From positions 62,001 to 126,000 of IMG/VR virus record IMGVR_UViG_3300030339_000003: 64,000 nt of DNA; one strand, written 5' to 3'. Both the position numbers and the translations under genes were made by a program. Positions 18,759-29,105 of this stretch are shown here, in pieces. The notes under the pieces are model-generated. The model saw only the letters and a list, made by a program, of their open reading frames with translations. It was not told the DNA's origin and did not search any database. The first letter of the stretch is position 1, and every line of letters starts with the position of its first letter.

Positions 18759-20006
18759 TTAAACGTGTGCAGCGATACCGTCGATCACAGCGCCACAGAT
18801 GTCAGCAGCCAGGCTGTTAACAGTTTTGGTCAGAGTTGCAGCAGAAGATGCTACAGCTTTAACCAGTGCAACTTTCTTGCCTGCATCAGCATCAGCGCCA
18901 GCGGCATTGATATAGCCAACCAGTTTGTCGCGTTTTGCAGCTGCGAATTTCTGATCAACTTTAGCAGTTTCCAGAGATTTCAGATGTTTCTCAACACCGG
19001 TCAGTGCAGTTTTCAGAGCGCCAACGTTGTTAACTTTAGGAGCCGCTTCACCTTTAGACAGGGTAGCAAACTTCTCAGTTTTAACAGCGCGCAGGCCCAG
19101 TGAACGTGCAGCTTTAGCAGCATCTTCCAGGGAATCGGTTTTGCCTTCGCTGGTGAACACCAGGCGCAGACCAGCGAATTCGCCGATGTAGTTGGATTTA
19201 TCACCTTCTTTCTTCTCTGCAGTTGCAGCGAATTCAGTGATTTTGGATTTCATGGTAGAAACCAATGCGCCGTAAGCGGTATTGAATTCACCCAGGCCGA
19301 TTTCGCCATCGAGCAGGTTAGCGTAAGCGCCAGTTGCTACTGCAGCGTCAGTCAGTGCCAGAGCTTTCTCGAACAGACCTTTTTCGCCGTAGTTGACGTA
19401 GCCGTTCCAGCTGCCGAGTTTGATTTTCTCTTTAACTTTAGCGCCTTCTTTATCCAGCGATACGCGGACGTTAGCGGCTTTCTTCTGCAGACCTTTAACT
19501 TTGTTAAACAGGCCAGTGAAGAATGCAACAACACCGTTGAAGATACGACGGATGAATTCCAGGACAGCTGCACCAGCGCCTTTCACTTTATCCATCAGAC
19601 CTTCCATACCGTCGCGAGCAACAGTTTCGGTAGTAGAAGCATCATAAAGATCTTCTGCGCCGACACGTGATGCGCCTTTAGAAGGTGCGCCGCCCAGGTG
19701 ACGAGCTGACAGTTTAGAAGCGTTGTTGTACAGGGATGCGAATGCACGGCTGTCGAAGTTACCAGATTTCAGCATGGATTCCATACCTTCAACGGCTTCA
19801 ACAACTTCTTCGCTTGCTTCTTCAATGGCGTCGATCTGGTCAGCCATTTCTTCGATCACTTCGGACTGTTCCTGAATTTCAGCAGTCGCTTCGGCAACTT
19901 CAGCGCGAATTTCTTGCATCACTTCAACAACAGCTTCAGTACCAGCAGCGCCTTCTTCGGACAGACCCAGTTCTTCAGTTCCAGCATACAGTAATGAATT
20001 AAACAT
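18759..20006 (-). CDS. Abundant internal head protein (phiKZ gp93-like)
   Basis: Acidic N-terminus with multiple S/A/G-x-E sites (GTEE, GMES, GAED, GMEG); amphipathic helix EFIRRIFNGVVAFFTG; strong codon bias. Confidence 0.85.
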   Translation of the reverse strand: MFNSLLYAGTEELGLSEEGAAGTEAVVEVMQEIRAEVAEATAEIQEQSEVIEEMADQIDAIEEASEEVVEAVEGMESMLKSGNFDSRAFASLYNNASKLSARHLGGAPSKGASRVGAEDLYDASTTETVARDGMEGLMDKVKGAGAAVLEFIRRIFNGVVAFFTGLFNKVKGLQKKAANVRVSLDKEGAKVKEKIKLGSWNGYVNYGEKGLFEKALALTDAAVATGAYANLLDGEIGLGEFNTAYGALVSTMKSKITEFAATAEKKEGDKSNYIGEFAGLRLVFTSEGKTDSLEDAAKAARSLGLRAVKTEKFATLSKGEAAPKVNNVGALKTALTGVEKHLKSLETAKVDQKFAAAKRDKLVGYINAAGADADAGKKVALVKAVASSAATLTKTVNSLAADICGAVIDGIAAHV

Positions 20007-20060
20007 TGATAACTCCTGATAAATGATTTTGTTTTTACTTAAGTAAAAAAGTTTATTTAA

Positions 20061-21044
20061 TTAAATAACTTTTGAAAAGATACCCAAGACGTCTTGAATA
20101 TACTTGTCAACGTAGTTCACTACGCGCGGAGTGAATCCACTATAAAATGTAAGTGCAATCGCATCACCCTTTAAAGTGTTTTCCGCCTCGTGTATAATTT
20201 GGTTCCCTACGTTCTGGATTTTGCTCAATCCAGTATCTGCTTCTTTAACGACGTCAGACCAGGCTTTAATGAAATCAAGATAAGTGGCATAAGATTCTTT
20301 AACTTTTTGGTGCACGCCATTTAACTTATTAATTTGATTTAAGATGTGTTGGACTTCGCTTTTAGAAACCGACAAAGTATGCGATTCACCTGCGGGTTTA
20401 TCTCCGGACATAGAATACTCGATATTACCATCAGTATCCTTGAACTTAATCACCCGGCCAGCAGGTAATACATGAGATAAAGCCCAACCGTTATTTTTAT
20501 TGGGTAGTGTTAAAGGAGGGTAAGTAATCCCTTCGAACTCTTTAACAATCGCCATAACAGCGCTGGTGTTTGACGCACTTTTGTATTTGCGAATAGTGAC
20601 CAGCTGATGACCAAGGTAGTCGTTCACCTTACCCATGTGAGCCGTCAACAGTTCTGCCGTCTTAATCAGTTCTTCCAAGTCACGATCAAAATCTGACCAT
20701 TGGCCTGTGGATGTGATTGAACCAACTAATACCGTTGAAAGAGTAAAGTCATAATGCTCTTCTTTCAACGCCCCATTAATTTTGCTGGACAACATTTTGT
20801 TATCGTCAAAAACTTTGTGCAGTTGTACACCCAGTTTTTTGATGCCGACACTAAACAGGTTAAAGGATTTTCCACCTACCCATTGTGTGACAGATAACAG
20901 ACCGGTACCCAGGTCTTTCAGGTTGTCCACAAAATCTTCATTACCAACACGTGAGTCAATAGTATTTCTAATACTAGAAGCTAACGTGGTAAGTTCTGCA
21001 TGATTATTTAAACAAACGATACGGTGTTCACGAATATCATTCAT
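20061..21044 (-). CDS. Internal head protein family member
   Basis: VGNEDFVDNLK processing-site context; lies in the head operon. Confidence 0.65.
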   Translation of the reverse strand: MNDIREHRIVCLNNHAELTTLASSIRNTIDSRVGNEDFVDNLKDLGTGLLSVTQWVGGKSFNLFSVGIKKLGVQLHKVFDDNKMLSSKINGALKEEHYDFTLSTVLVGSITSTGQWSDFDRDLEELIKTAELLTAHMGKVNDYLGHQLVTIRKYKSASNTSAVMAIVKEFEGITYPPLTLPNKNNGWALSHVLPAGRVIKFKDTDGNIEYSMSGDKPAGESHTLSVSKSEVQHILNQINKLNGVHQKVKESYATYLDFIKAWSDVVKEADTGLSKIQNVGNQIIHEAENTLKGDAIALTFYSGFTPRVVNYVDKYIQDVLGIFSKVI

Positions 21045-22359
21045 TTTTACCTTCTTTCACAAAATTAATGGTGTCGTTACACAGGCCCGCTACAGCGTTC
21101 AAGGTTAACACCAGATAACGCGTGAAATCAGAGGTGATGTTCAGCAGGTCTTGTTGGTTCTTACGTACCAGCATAGAGTACATCGCTAATACGCGTTGTT
21201 TCAGAACTGGGTCACATTCTAGTTTCAGAATATTGTCACCAATTTCTTCATAGTCGCGATCATTGATGCGATGCTTGTTTGCTTTTTGACAAACTTGTAA
21301 CCAGCTTTCCAGTAACTTAACGGAAAGTTGAGAAACGTGTTTAATGGTGTCGCTGCTCAGAGTATCGATTTCTTGTTCGATATCCAGGAAGTCTGCAGTT
21401 TCACGTTTGTTCAGACGTACACCAATATCGGTAATACGTGAATCAAACCAATCGTCAATTGCTTTGGTAGAATCAACCTTTAAAGGTGTCTTCCAACGTG
21501 TATCAACTAAATGACGATCACCCATTAGATTGACTGAACGCATAACACGCAGCCATGGAACATTGCGAGGTGAAATATCAACCTTGCATTCTTTGAAACC
21601 AGGGTTATTCAAAATAACCGAAGTTTTCATCAGCTGAGCGATAACCTGATCATCGGTCTGCAGACCTTCAAAGCCGGAGAACACTGACATAATCTGCGTC
21701 AATTCTTTTTCAGAATAGTCGTAGTAGTTAATGGTCAGCGCAGTTGTGGTTTTGTAAAGGTTCAGGATTTGGTTATACCAGTCTTCCTTTACTTCGCCAT
21801 TAACTTTCAGCAGGTTGTATAAACGAGCCGATAAATTAAAACGTTCCAGACCTTCCGGGAATTGTTTCAATTGCTTAGTTGCGGTATCGATCAAACGAAA
21901 ACGTTCAACCAAAGACTCGGCATCTTCAGTCACCAGGGTATACGCTTCCTGGAACTTAGCAGCAATGGTCTTAGTGAAAGTCTTGGTAGATTCAACAACG
22001 TTGTCTAAAAAGCCCTCACAAGCCGCTACACGAGACGCAATGAATACGCTTGGGCGCAGAGTCAAACCAAAAGCTTCAGCGCCTTCAACGCGGGTAGCAT
22101 TGAATTCAACATCAGAACCATCGGTAGTGATAACACGCAGTTCGGATAACTGACCGTCAATTTCAATGGCGTCTTCAGGAGACAGCTCGTGGGGTTGCTT
22201 GTTTAAAAGCAGATCTTTGATCGCTTCAACTTTGTTAGCAGAACCCAACACTTCGTTTGTGATCAAATTTAAATCACGGGATGACTGCGCAACTTCCAAT
22301 AACTCAGCGGACTTAACAACTGAGATAGCAGCCAGATCACTATCCAGGTCATTTGACAT
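21037..22359 (-). CDS. Internal head protein (phiKZ gp92-like by synteny)
   Basis: 440 aa; EGAEA and AACEGFLD sites. Confidence 0.65.
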   Translation of the reverse strand: MSNDLDSDLAAISVVKSAELLEVAQSSRDLNLITNEVLGSANKVEAIKDLLLNKQPHELSPEDAIEIDGQLSELRVITTDGSDVEFNATRVEGAEAFGLTLRPSVFIASRVAACEGFLDNVVESTKTFTKTIAAKFQEAYTLVTEDAESLVERFRLIDTATKQLKQFPEGLERFNLSARLYNLLKVNGEVKEDWYNQILNLYKTTTALTINYYDYSEKELTQIMSVFSGFEGLQTDDQVIAQLMKTSVILNNPGFKECKVDISPRNVPWLRVMRSVNLMGDRHLVDTRWKTPLKVDSTKAIDDWFDSRITDIGVRLNKRETADFLDIEQEIDTLSSDTIKHVSQLSVKLLESWLQVCQKANKHRINDRDYEEIGDNILKLECDPVLKQRVLAMYSMLVRKNQQDLLNITSDFTRYLVLTLNAVAGLCNDTINFVKEGKNE

Positions 22360-22864
22360 AACGGTTCTCTCCTAATACGACCAAAATTAAACGTGCCAGG
22401 AATTCAACACCAATACCACGTAACAAACGATAGTAATCAAAGTTAGTTACGCTATCTAACAAGATAGGAGACTTTTGTTCAGTACTCCGGGTAATGCTGC
22501 GTTTTTCCCATGCATTCATATTGCTGTTGTTATAAATGACGGTGGATTCGCCAATGGAAATATTAGAACCGATACTGCGAGCACTCAGCTGACCGTTTAA
22601 ATACAGTAAGATAGTGCCCACAATATTTGCACACGGACCTAATCCATTTTTATAGTTAGCCACAAGCCAACCTTTAAAATCTTCCCCAATTAATACACGC
22701 GCAGCACGCAGCACTTCTTGATACGAGCGTGAACTCGTTTTCATTTTGTAGTCTTGGGTTGACGAATTTAAGAACGTCCTGATATTGGTACTGGCAGCCG
22801 CAATATCCGCGTCTCTGACATTACCATTAACAAACCCATTTTTCACCTGCACATAAGTACCCAT
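22349..22864 (-). CDS. Small head protein (phiKZ gp91-like by synteny)
   Basis: 171 aa, first gene after the late promoter motif at 22901-22914. Confidence 0.55.
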   Translation of the reverse strand: MGTYVQVKNGFVNGNVRDADIAAASTNIRTFLNSSTQDYKMKTSSRSYQEVLRAARVLIGEDFKGWLVANYKNGLGPCANIVGTILLYLNGQLSARSIGSNISIGESTVIYNNSNMNAWEKRSITRSTEQKSPILLDSVTNFDYYRLLRGIGVEFLARLILVVLGENRYVK

Positions 22865-22900
22865 TGTGCGTTAACTCCTAAAATAGTGTTAAGGTATAAA

Positions 22901-22914
22901 GTAAGCATAAAATC
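22901..22914 (-). promoter_or_regulatory. Putative late promoter GATTTTATGCTTAC
   Basis: Identical to 17094-17107. Confidence 0.6.
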
Positions 22915-22916
22915 TC

Positions 22917-22944
22917 TTACTAGGAGGGTTTCCCCTCCCAGCAA
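22917..22944 (-). terminator. Hairpin terminator (G-U wobbles, GAAA loop on the minus strand)
   Basis: Minus strand TTGCTGGGAGGG-GAAA-CCCTCCTAGTAA. Confidence 0.7.
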
Positions 22945-22950
22945 AGGTAT

Positions 22951-23841
22951 TTATTGGTAGGATTCAACGATACCCGAAATGGTTGCAGAGTTCTTAATGA
23001 TTTTGCCGCGGTACTTTTCAATACGGTAATCTAAAGCAGCATCTTCCGACCCGTTCTTCAAATTGATCGCTTGAGATATTTTCATTGACAGGTATTCGTT
23101 GTTATCTTGTAATTCACGAATACGCCACAAATTAATATCTTTCATTAATGAATCGAACCAGTACTTAGGATTCAATGCATGCAACCCAAAGCCACGGTGC
23201 AGTTCAGGACGTTTGTCACCCAGACCTTCCAGCACAGCTGCCGACACTTCATCATCCGCAGCAAGTTCTGGGATAGATTCGATTTCTTTAATCAGAAGAG
23301 TAGAACCCTTCAATAAAGAAATACTGATGTTGGCAAACAAAGTACTTGAACCGTTTAAGAACAGCATTTCGTTCTTGGTCAAATATTTGTCAATGCGGAA
23401 ATTGGTTTCGGTCGACATGGTCAATAAACAGTCTAACAGTTTGTTAGCGTATTTGATCCAGTAATCGAGTTGTTCGATAGTGGAAAGCAGATACGTTTGT
23501 TTAACAGTCAGATCAACACCAGACCAAATGGAATCCGAATAATGGTTAATATTTTTCAGCAGTTTATCGTGCAGAGAAACAATAACTTCAGAAACGGTTG
23601 ACAGCAAAGTCAAAGGCGGAGTGTCGGCGCTGTAAGGCAATGCACGCGAAATCGCATTATTAATGGATTTCAATACTGCCCAGCTACGACCTTCAGACTC
23701 CAACGTAATGCCATTGGCTTCCAGGATGTTAATATTATCAATGATATTTTTAGCACCCACATCAACAACACTGAGCAGAGATACTACGCTTTTCTTTTCA
23801 ATGTTCTTAACGGTACGTGCATAAGCTACAACGTCGGTCAT
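22951..23841 (-). CDS. Head/inner-body protein (phiKZ gp90-like by synteny)
   Basis: 296-aa helical ORF coupled to the gp89-like gene. Confidence 0.6.
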   Translation of the reverse strand: MTDVVAYARTVKNIEKKSVVSLLSVVDVGAKNIIDNINILEANGITLESEGRSWAVLKSINNAISRALPYSADTPPLTLLSTVSEVIVSLHDKLLKNINHYSDSIWSGVDLTVKQTYLLSTIEQLDYWIKYANKLLDCLLTMSTETNFRIDKYLTKNEMLFLNGSSTLFANISISLLKGSTLLIKEIESIPELAADDEVSAAVLEGLGDKRPELHRGFGLHALNPKYWFDSLMKDINLWRIRELQDNNEYLSMKISQAINLKNGSEDAALDYRIEKYRGKIIKNSATISGIVESYQ

Positions 23842-23843
23842 AA

Positions 23844-24977
23844 TTAGCGGCCCATGAGTATGCGCGTTAAAGCTTCCAAGGTATCTGCACCTTCTGCTTT
23901 CTTCGCTTTGTTTTCGATATCTTTCATCGTGAACGTTTCAATGGAGAAATCGCCATTGTCGATGAAATGGAATACGCCATTACGTTCTTCATCACAAATA
24001 ATGATGCGGGACGCTTTAATGGCTTTAAAGATGGCTGGTAAAGAACGTTCGTTCAGGAAACGACGACCTACTTTTAATTCGATTTGTTTTGCAACATCCA
24101 TACCGATAATGAAAGTGTTAGCCATAGTGTTCAAAGAGAACACGCCAGAACGTAAAGCGGCTGCTTTGTTCAGACGTTCGCGTTTCGACATTTCGTCATA
24201 GTAGCCAGTCAGGTCATCGTTACGAATTTTGAATTTCTCTTTAACGACATCACGACCTGTAAAGAATTCAGGATAAGTGATTTCGCCAGAGTTGACCATA
24301 TCCAAACGCGCAAAGAAACCTTCTTCTACTTTTGCTGCACTGAAAATGTTTTCTAACAACTGTTGGCTAGCGGGCAAAGGGATTTCACGGAATACCAACG
24401 GAAAATCTATTTTAACACCAGTTGGTCCAATTGCGGTACTTTTAACAACCTTGCCAATGGCGAGGTTAGTGTGCTCTGTGAGTTCTGGATAAGACTGGCC
24501 ACCAATAACAATACTAGCATCACCATTACCAACAGCGGGTTGCTCGGCCGCATTAGGTGCTCCTTGTTTATTCGGCACCGGACCTGAAGTCGTTAATGCT
24601 TCACAGCCCATTAAGCCTACTAGTCCTGCACGACGCGGCTGTACTTCTCCCAGAATATCATTAATTTTGATACCATTAGCTTCTGCATTCTTAATCGCGA
24701 AGTGAGTCAAAATAGCCTGGATGTCGCGAGCCATGACAACTTGCATTAAGCCGTTCATATAAGAAGCGTGAAGGATGCTTTTATCAATTACGACGATCGG
24801 TTTGATTAACGCACGGTTTGCACTTTGAGTAATAGAACTGTCATTGAGCAAATTGTATGTATAACCCGCCTTGTCCGCAATGGAGGAAGCGCTATTAATT
24901 TCTTTATTATCTGGGAAAACCATTTTGGCTGCATCCAGCAGCAATTTTCCAATTCCTATGATGGTACCTAATGCCAT
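23844..24977 (-). CDS. Inner-body head protein (phiKZ gp89-like)
   Basis: ATG at 24977 with GAGG RBS (the track uses TTG at 25001); internal GLMGCEA processing site; size and synteny fit. Confidence 0.65.
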   Translation of the reverse strand: MALGTIIGIGKLLLDAAKMVFPDNKEINSASSIADKAGYTYNLLNDSSITQSANRALIKPIVVIDKSILHASYMNGLMQVVMARDIQAILTHFAIKNAEANGIKINDILGEVQPRRAGLVGLMGCEALTTSGPVPNKQGAPNAAEQPAVGNGDASIVIGGQSYPELTEHTNLAIGKVVKSTAIGPTGVKIDFPLVFREIPLPASQQLLENIFSAAKVEEGFFARLDMVNSGEITYPEFFTGRDVVKEKFKIRNDDLTGYYDEMSKRERLNKAAALRSGVFSLNTMANTFIIGMDVAKQIELKVGRRFLNERSLPAIFKAIKASRIIICDEERNGVFHFIDNGDFSIETFTMKDIENKAKKAEGADTLEALTRILMGR

Positions 24978-25004
24978 ACTAACCTCTTTATTTATGGTCA
25001 AATT

Positions 25005-26138
25005 ATGAGTGAAAAATTTGATATCAACAGTTTGGCGGGGTTGACAAAGACACCAGGTCTAATCGTCCCTGAACTATTAAAGAATACTTCAATCGCCGCG
25101 AGTACAAAAACACAAACTTCATCAGATATTGTTTTGTCAAGTGATGATAGAAATATTTTGCTGGACTATGCTTTTTCTGAACAAGGTGGACCGGGGTATC
25201 AATCCGCTTTGGTTAAATCGTTATCTGGTTTAAGGATGTATGGACCAGGTCACCAACAGATCCCTATAGCAGATGATGCCATAGGATTGGCATTTACTTC
25301 TCGCCCTTTGTTGAATTTATCTGATGATAACGTTCAATTGTCCCCAATATTGCAACCGTTCTATCGTTCTAGACCCAACAGTATTATGTCATATGTTCGT
25401 GGGTTATTAGACAAACAATGGGGATTGGCAAACAGCGGAACAATTAAATTCTTAGATCCTAAAACGGCTTGGCTGACACCTTTAACCAACTACCTCAAAG
25501 TCAGCAGTGGTTTCCCGGATCTCTCCCTTACGATCTCTACATCGTCTCCTGGGTTCAGACAAGAAGTGTATCGTTGGGTATCAGGTATTTTAGAACACAA
25601 CGGTTCTTATCAAATACGTCAAAGTTATTACATGTCCCAGCCTAAGTTTTTACCTTTCTTATTTGAAGCGTGGCTGAACTATATTAACGAAGTAACATTG
25701 GGTGACAATGGATTAGAACCGTATGGCGAAGCATTAAAACAAAGCTACCAAGATTACGATTGTCGTATTTACCATATTATCCTTAACCGTAATATGCGTA
25801 ATATCGAATGGATCTTCTGTAGCGCTTCATCATTACCTTCTACTTACCCGTCAGGTGCTTTCAGTACTATTGACAGAACACAGAACTCTTTACGTGGTCA
25901 AGGTCAAGACGAATTTGATATTCAATTCGACTCTATCGGTTTCCGTTATGGTAACGCATCTGTTGCTAAGATGTTTAACTCCACAACAGAATACTTTAAT
26001 CCCGATATGAAAGATGACCAGCGTGCAAATAAAATGAGAGCTTTGGAATTTAGTGAATACTACGGTTCGGGCTACAACCAAGTTTATCCTTATATTAATT
26101 TGGATAAAATGATTTTACAATATTGGGTGGCGAAATGA
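25005..26138 (+). CDS. Virion structural/baseplate protein (phiKZ gp88-like)
   Basis: 377 aa, coupled by ATGA overlap to the large wedge-like gene. Confidence 0.55.
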   Translation: MSEKFDINSLAGLTKTPGLIVPELLKNTSIAASTKTQTSSDIVLSSDDRNILLDYAFSEQGGPGYQSALVKSLSGLRMYGPGHQQIPIADDAIGLAFTSRPLLNLSDDNVQLSPILQPFYRSRPNSIMSYVRGLLDKQWGLANSGTIKFLDPKTAWLTPLTNYLKVSSGFPDLSLTISTSSPGFRQEVYRWVSGILEHNGSYQIRQSYYMSQPKFLPFLFEAWLNYINEVTLGDNGLEPYGEALKQSYQDYDCRIYHIILNRNMRNIEWIFCSASSLPSTYPSGAFSTIDRTQNSLRGQGQDEFDIQFDSIGFRYGNASVAKMFNSTTEYFNPDMKDDQRANKMRALEFSEYYGSGYNQVYPYINLDKMILQYWVAK

Positions 26139-29056
26139 CAATTCAAAACAGTGATCTCTTAGTTTTACCCGCAAACCCCATGCGTGGTTTAAACTGGTTA
26201 TTTGATCAAGTGGAGCAAACCTGGTTCGATCAAACGACTGCGATCAATAGCGGAACACATCCCGCTATCTTTTGTGCCGATCTGAGTGTCAGTACGACGT
26301 ATGCGTTTCTGAACTCATTGAGTGACGCAATCAGTCAAGTGTTTCCTGAACACGCTCGTTCAATCGGTGAACTCAGTCGCAATATGTCAACTGAACAGTA
26401 TTACGGATTATTTGGCACACCAGCTAAAGGTACTGTTAATTTAGTATTGGCTTTACCTAACTTAATTCGTTTTGCTCCGGCTGCTACAGATACCGTTAAT
26501 GGTGTTGATCTTAATTACCAGAAATTGTTAATTCCAAAAGATACCACGTTTGATGTTAACGGTTATGAGTTCGCAATCAGTAACGGTATTGAAATCCGTT
26601 ATAACGAACGTACTGGTGTAGCCGTTGTATACGACTCGACAACCAATAACCCGTTTAACGTTATCGGTACTAACGTACTGCAAAAAGAAATCCGCAGTGT
26701 TCAAGGCACCGATTACATTATCATTAACGTTCCTGTGCAGCAATTGGCTACGGGTATTAAAGATAACGTTCCTTCTACACAAGGTTCGGGTTGTTCGGGC
26801 ACTATTACCTATACCGATTTCCTTTACGGTATCCGTGCCTTTATTACGCAGAACGGTGTTAAGTCTGAATTGAACGTCGCTTATGATAAAGCGGTATTCG
26901 ATCCAGGCATTGCTACGTTAACTGTTAATTTAAACACAACACAGTTAAGTTACGATTTTGCCATCCCGGATGTTTATATTGAAAACGGCTTAGGTGTGGG
27001 TACGGTTTCTATTTATACCTATACCACTAAAGGTACGTTGTCTAAAGACTTCCAGGACGTCGATACGCGTGAGTACAGTACAATCTATCGTGACTTCCGT
27101 TATTCGGCAGGTAACCTTAATGCGTATTCCGCTCCGTTAACAACAATGGGTGGGATTGTTTGGAAATTTAACTCTGCTGTTGAAGGGGGCTCTTTACCTA
27201 CATCGTTTAGCAAAATTAAATACGGTGTGGTTACTGGGCGTCGTCAACAAAAGCAACCTATTACTTCTAATAACTTGGAAGGGAGTGTGTCTGCTGCCGG
27301 ATATTCTGCGGTTAAAGCAATTGACTATGTTACTAGTCGCTTGTATTCATTAACTAAAGAACTCCCATTACAATCAAACAAAGACTTCTACAGTGGCGTT
27401 AACTGCATTGTTGGATCTAACTTGATCAGTGGGCAGCAATTGGTTAACTCGGGCGTTGTGTTCGATAACAAACTGCGCGTGACTATTCCTTCCGGTACAA
27501 TGTTTGATGTAACCAGTGAAGTTCCTGTGCTGTTAACAAAGACCCAGGTCGACACTATCAAAGGTTGGTCGTATAACCGACTCGTAAGTAACATGGCTGA
27601 TTTGACTTATTCTTATTTGCCGTATCATTACGTGTTCGATATGACGAACAACCAGGCTTCTATCCGTACGTACTACATGGATAACCCTTCAATGGGGGTA
27701 CAGAGCTTCCAAGAAGAAAATATTAACTTGGGTATTGCTGTATCGGTCGATAGCTCTACGATCACGTATGAGAACAATGGTTACACTATCCGTATCCAAA
27801 CATTATCAGACGATTCGTTCAAAACGTTGCTGCAAGAAAACATCGGTGTTCAGATGTCTATTGCTAATGCGAGTTCAACTACGTGGGCAAGTGTTAAAGG
27901 TGAATTAGAATACAAGACGGTTGACGGTGAATACGTTTATAAATTCCGTCTGGAAACTAATTTTGATTTGGATAACTCAGATCAATTACATTTAACCAAC
28001 TTTAGTCAATACGGTGCAATCCAACCAGACACTATTATTAACTTAACGCAAGATTTCATCTTTGTGTTCTTGCAGAAAACAACAGCATGGAACACGGTGA
28101 TTGAAGCCGACAGTTATATTGACCATAATCTGTTCCCTACGCCTTATAACGCGATTATTCAAACAATCATTACTGCTAACATCGGTAAACGTTTGAACTA
28201 CGTGTATAACCGTTTACGTCCATTAATCGGTGAAGGCCAATACCAGGTTTACTTGCACGATATTCCTTCTGTGTATGCAGAAGACATCTACAAGCGTGTT
28301 AATGGTGAATTGGTGTTTGATGATAATAACCTAGCCGTTCTGTTACACAAGAAAGGTGAAGTTATTTATGATGATGCCGGGTTAATGCAATTGGAACATC
28401 GTGCCGGGGATTACGTTAAAGACATGAACGGTAATTTTGTTGAACTGTCCGCACGTAACCTAAGTTATCATTGGGACTTTGTTGGGTTTGATGCGGTATA
28501 TGCATTGTCTCTTGATCAGTATGACATTTCTTTTGCTCAGAACATCAAAGACTATATTGCTAATGCCATCAGTGGCGATTTGGCATTGTTCTCTGACAGT
28601 GTTATTGACCAGACCAAATTGGTATTCCAACCACGTAACAAATTGGGTTACCGTAACGTTGTTATAAACAACAATGCGGAAATCACAATGAAACAAGATC
28701 TGTCATTTGAAGTGACGTATTACTTGACCAAAGCCGGTTACAATAATACCAACTTAAAAACATCATTGAAAACTAACACGCCTAAACTGATTAACAATTA
28801 TTTATTACCGAATAACACTATCGGGGTAAGTAGTTTGGTGAAAGCATTGTTAAGTGACGTTACTGATGATGTTGTGGATGTTAAGATCAATGCGTTTAGT
28901 GGTAATGCTGCAATTGATGTCATTAGTAGTTTGAACGCACTGAGTGGATTTAGTATTCGTAAGAAACTGACCTTAGGTGATGACAAACGACCAAGCATTG
29001 AAGAAGCGTGTAGTGTTGATTTCCTTCAACATGCTCCTGAAACAATTGGCTTATAA
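26135..29056 (+). CDS. Baseplate wedge protein, T4 gp6/baseplate-J-like (phiKZ gp87-like)
   Basis: About 973 aa; FPEHARS...GTPAKGTVNL, LIPKDTTF and VEGGSLPTSF match the baseplate-J/gp6 layout; start at the ATGA overlap at 26135. Confidence 0.6.
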   Translation: MTIQNSDLLVLPANPMRGLNWLFDQVEQTWFDQTTAINSGTHPAIFCADLSVSTTYAFLNSLSDAISQVFPEHARSIGELSRNMSTEQYYGLFGTPAKGTVNLVLALPNLIRFAPAATDTVNGVDLNYQKLLIPKDTTFDVNGYEFAISNGIEIRYNERTGVAVVYDSTTNNPFNVIGTNVLQKEIRSVQGTDYIIINVPVQQLATGIKDNVPSTQGSGCSGTITYTDFLYGIRAFITQNGVKSELNVAYDKAVFDPGIATLTVNLNTTQLSYDFAIPDVYIENGLGVGTVSIYTYTTKGTLSKDFQDVDTREYSTIYRDFRYSAGNLNAYSAPLTTMGGIVWKFNSAVEGGSLPTSFSKIKYGVVTGRRQQKQPITSNNLEGSVSAAGYSAVKAIDYVTSRLYSLTKELPLQSNKDFYSGVNCIVGSNLISGQQLVNSGVVFDNKLRVTIPSGTMFDVTSEVPVLLTKTQVDTIKGWSYNRLVSNMADLTYSYLPYHYVFDMTNNQASIRTYYMDNPSMGVQSFQEENINLGIAVSVDSSTITYENNGYTIRIQTLSDDSFKTLLQENIGVQMSIANASSTTWASVKGELEYKTVDGEYVYKFRLETNFDLDNSDQLHLTNFSQYGAIQPDTIINLTQDFIFVFLQKTTAWNTVIEADSYIDHNLFPTPYNAIIQTIITANIGKRLNYVYNRLRPLIGEGQYQVYLHDIPSVYAEDIYKRVNGELVFDDNNLAVLLHKKGEVIYDDAGLMQLEHRAGDYVKDMNGNFVELSARNLSYHWDFVGFDAVYALSLDQYDISFAQNIKDYIANAISGDLALFSDSVIDQTKLVFQPRNKLGYRNVVINNNAEITMKQDLSFEVTYYLTKAGYNNTNLKTSLKTNTPKLINNYLLPNNTIGVSSLVKALLSDVTDDVVDVKINAFSGNAAIDVISSLNALSGFSIRKKLTLGDDKRPSIEEACSVDFLQHAPETIGL

Positions 29057-29064
29057 GAAATATA

Positions 29065-29096
29065 TACTACTCCTACCCGTGAGGGTAGGAGTAGTA
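29065..29096. terminator. Bidirectional hairpin between convergent genes
   Basis: TACTACTCCTACCC-GTGA-GGGTAGGAGTAGTA. Confidence 0.85.
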
Positions 29097-29105
29097 GTAT
29101 TATGT

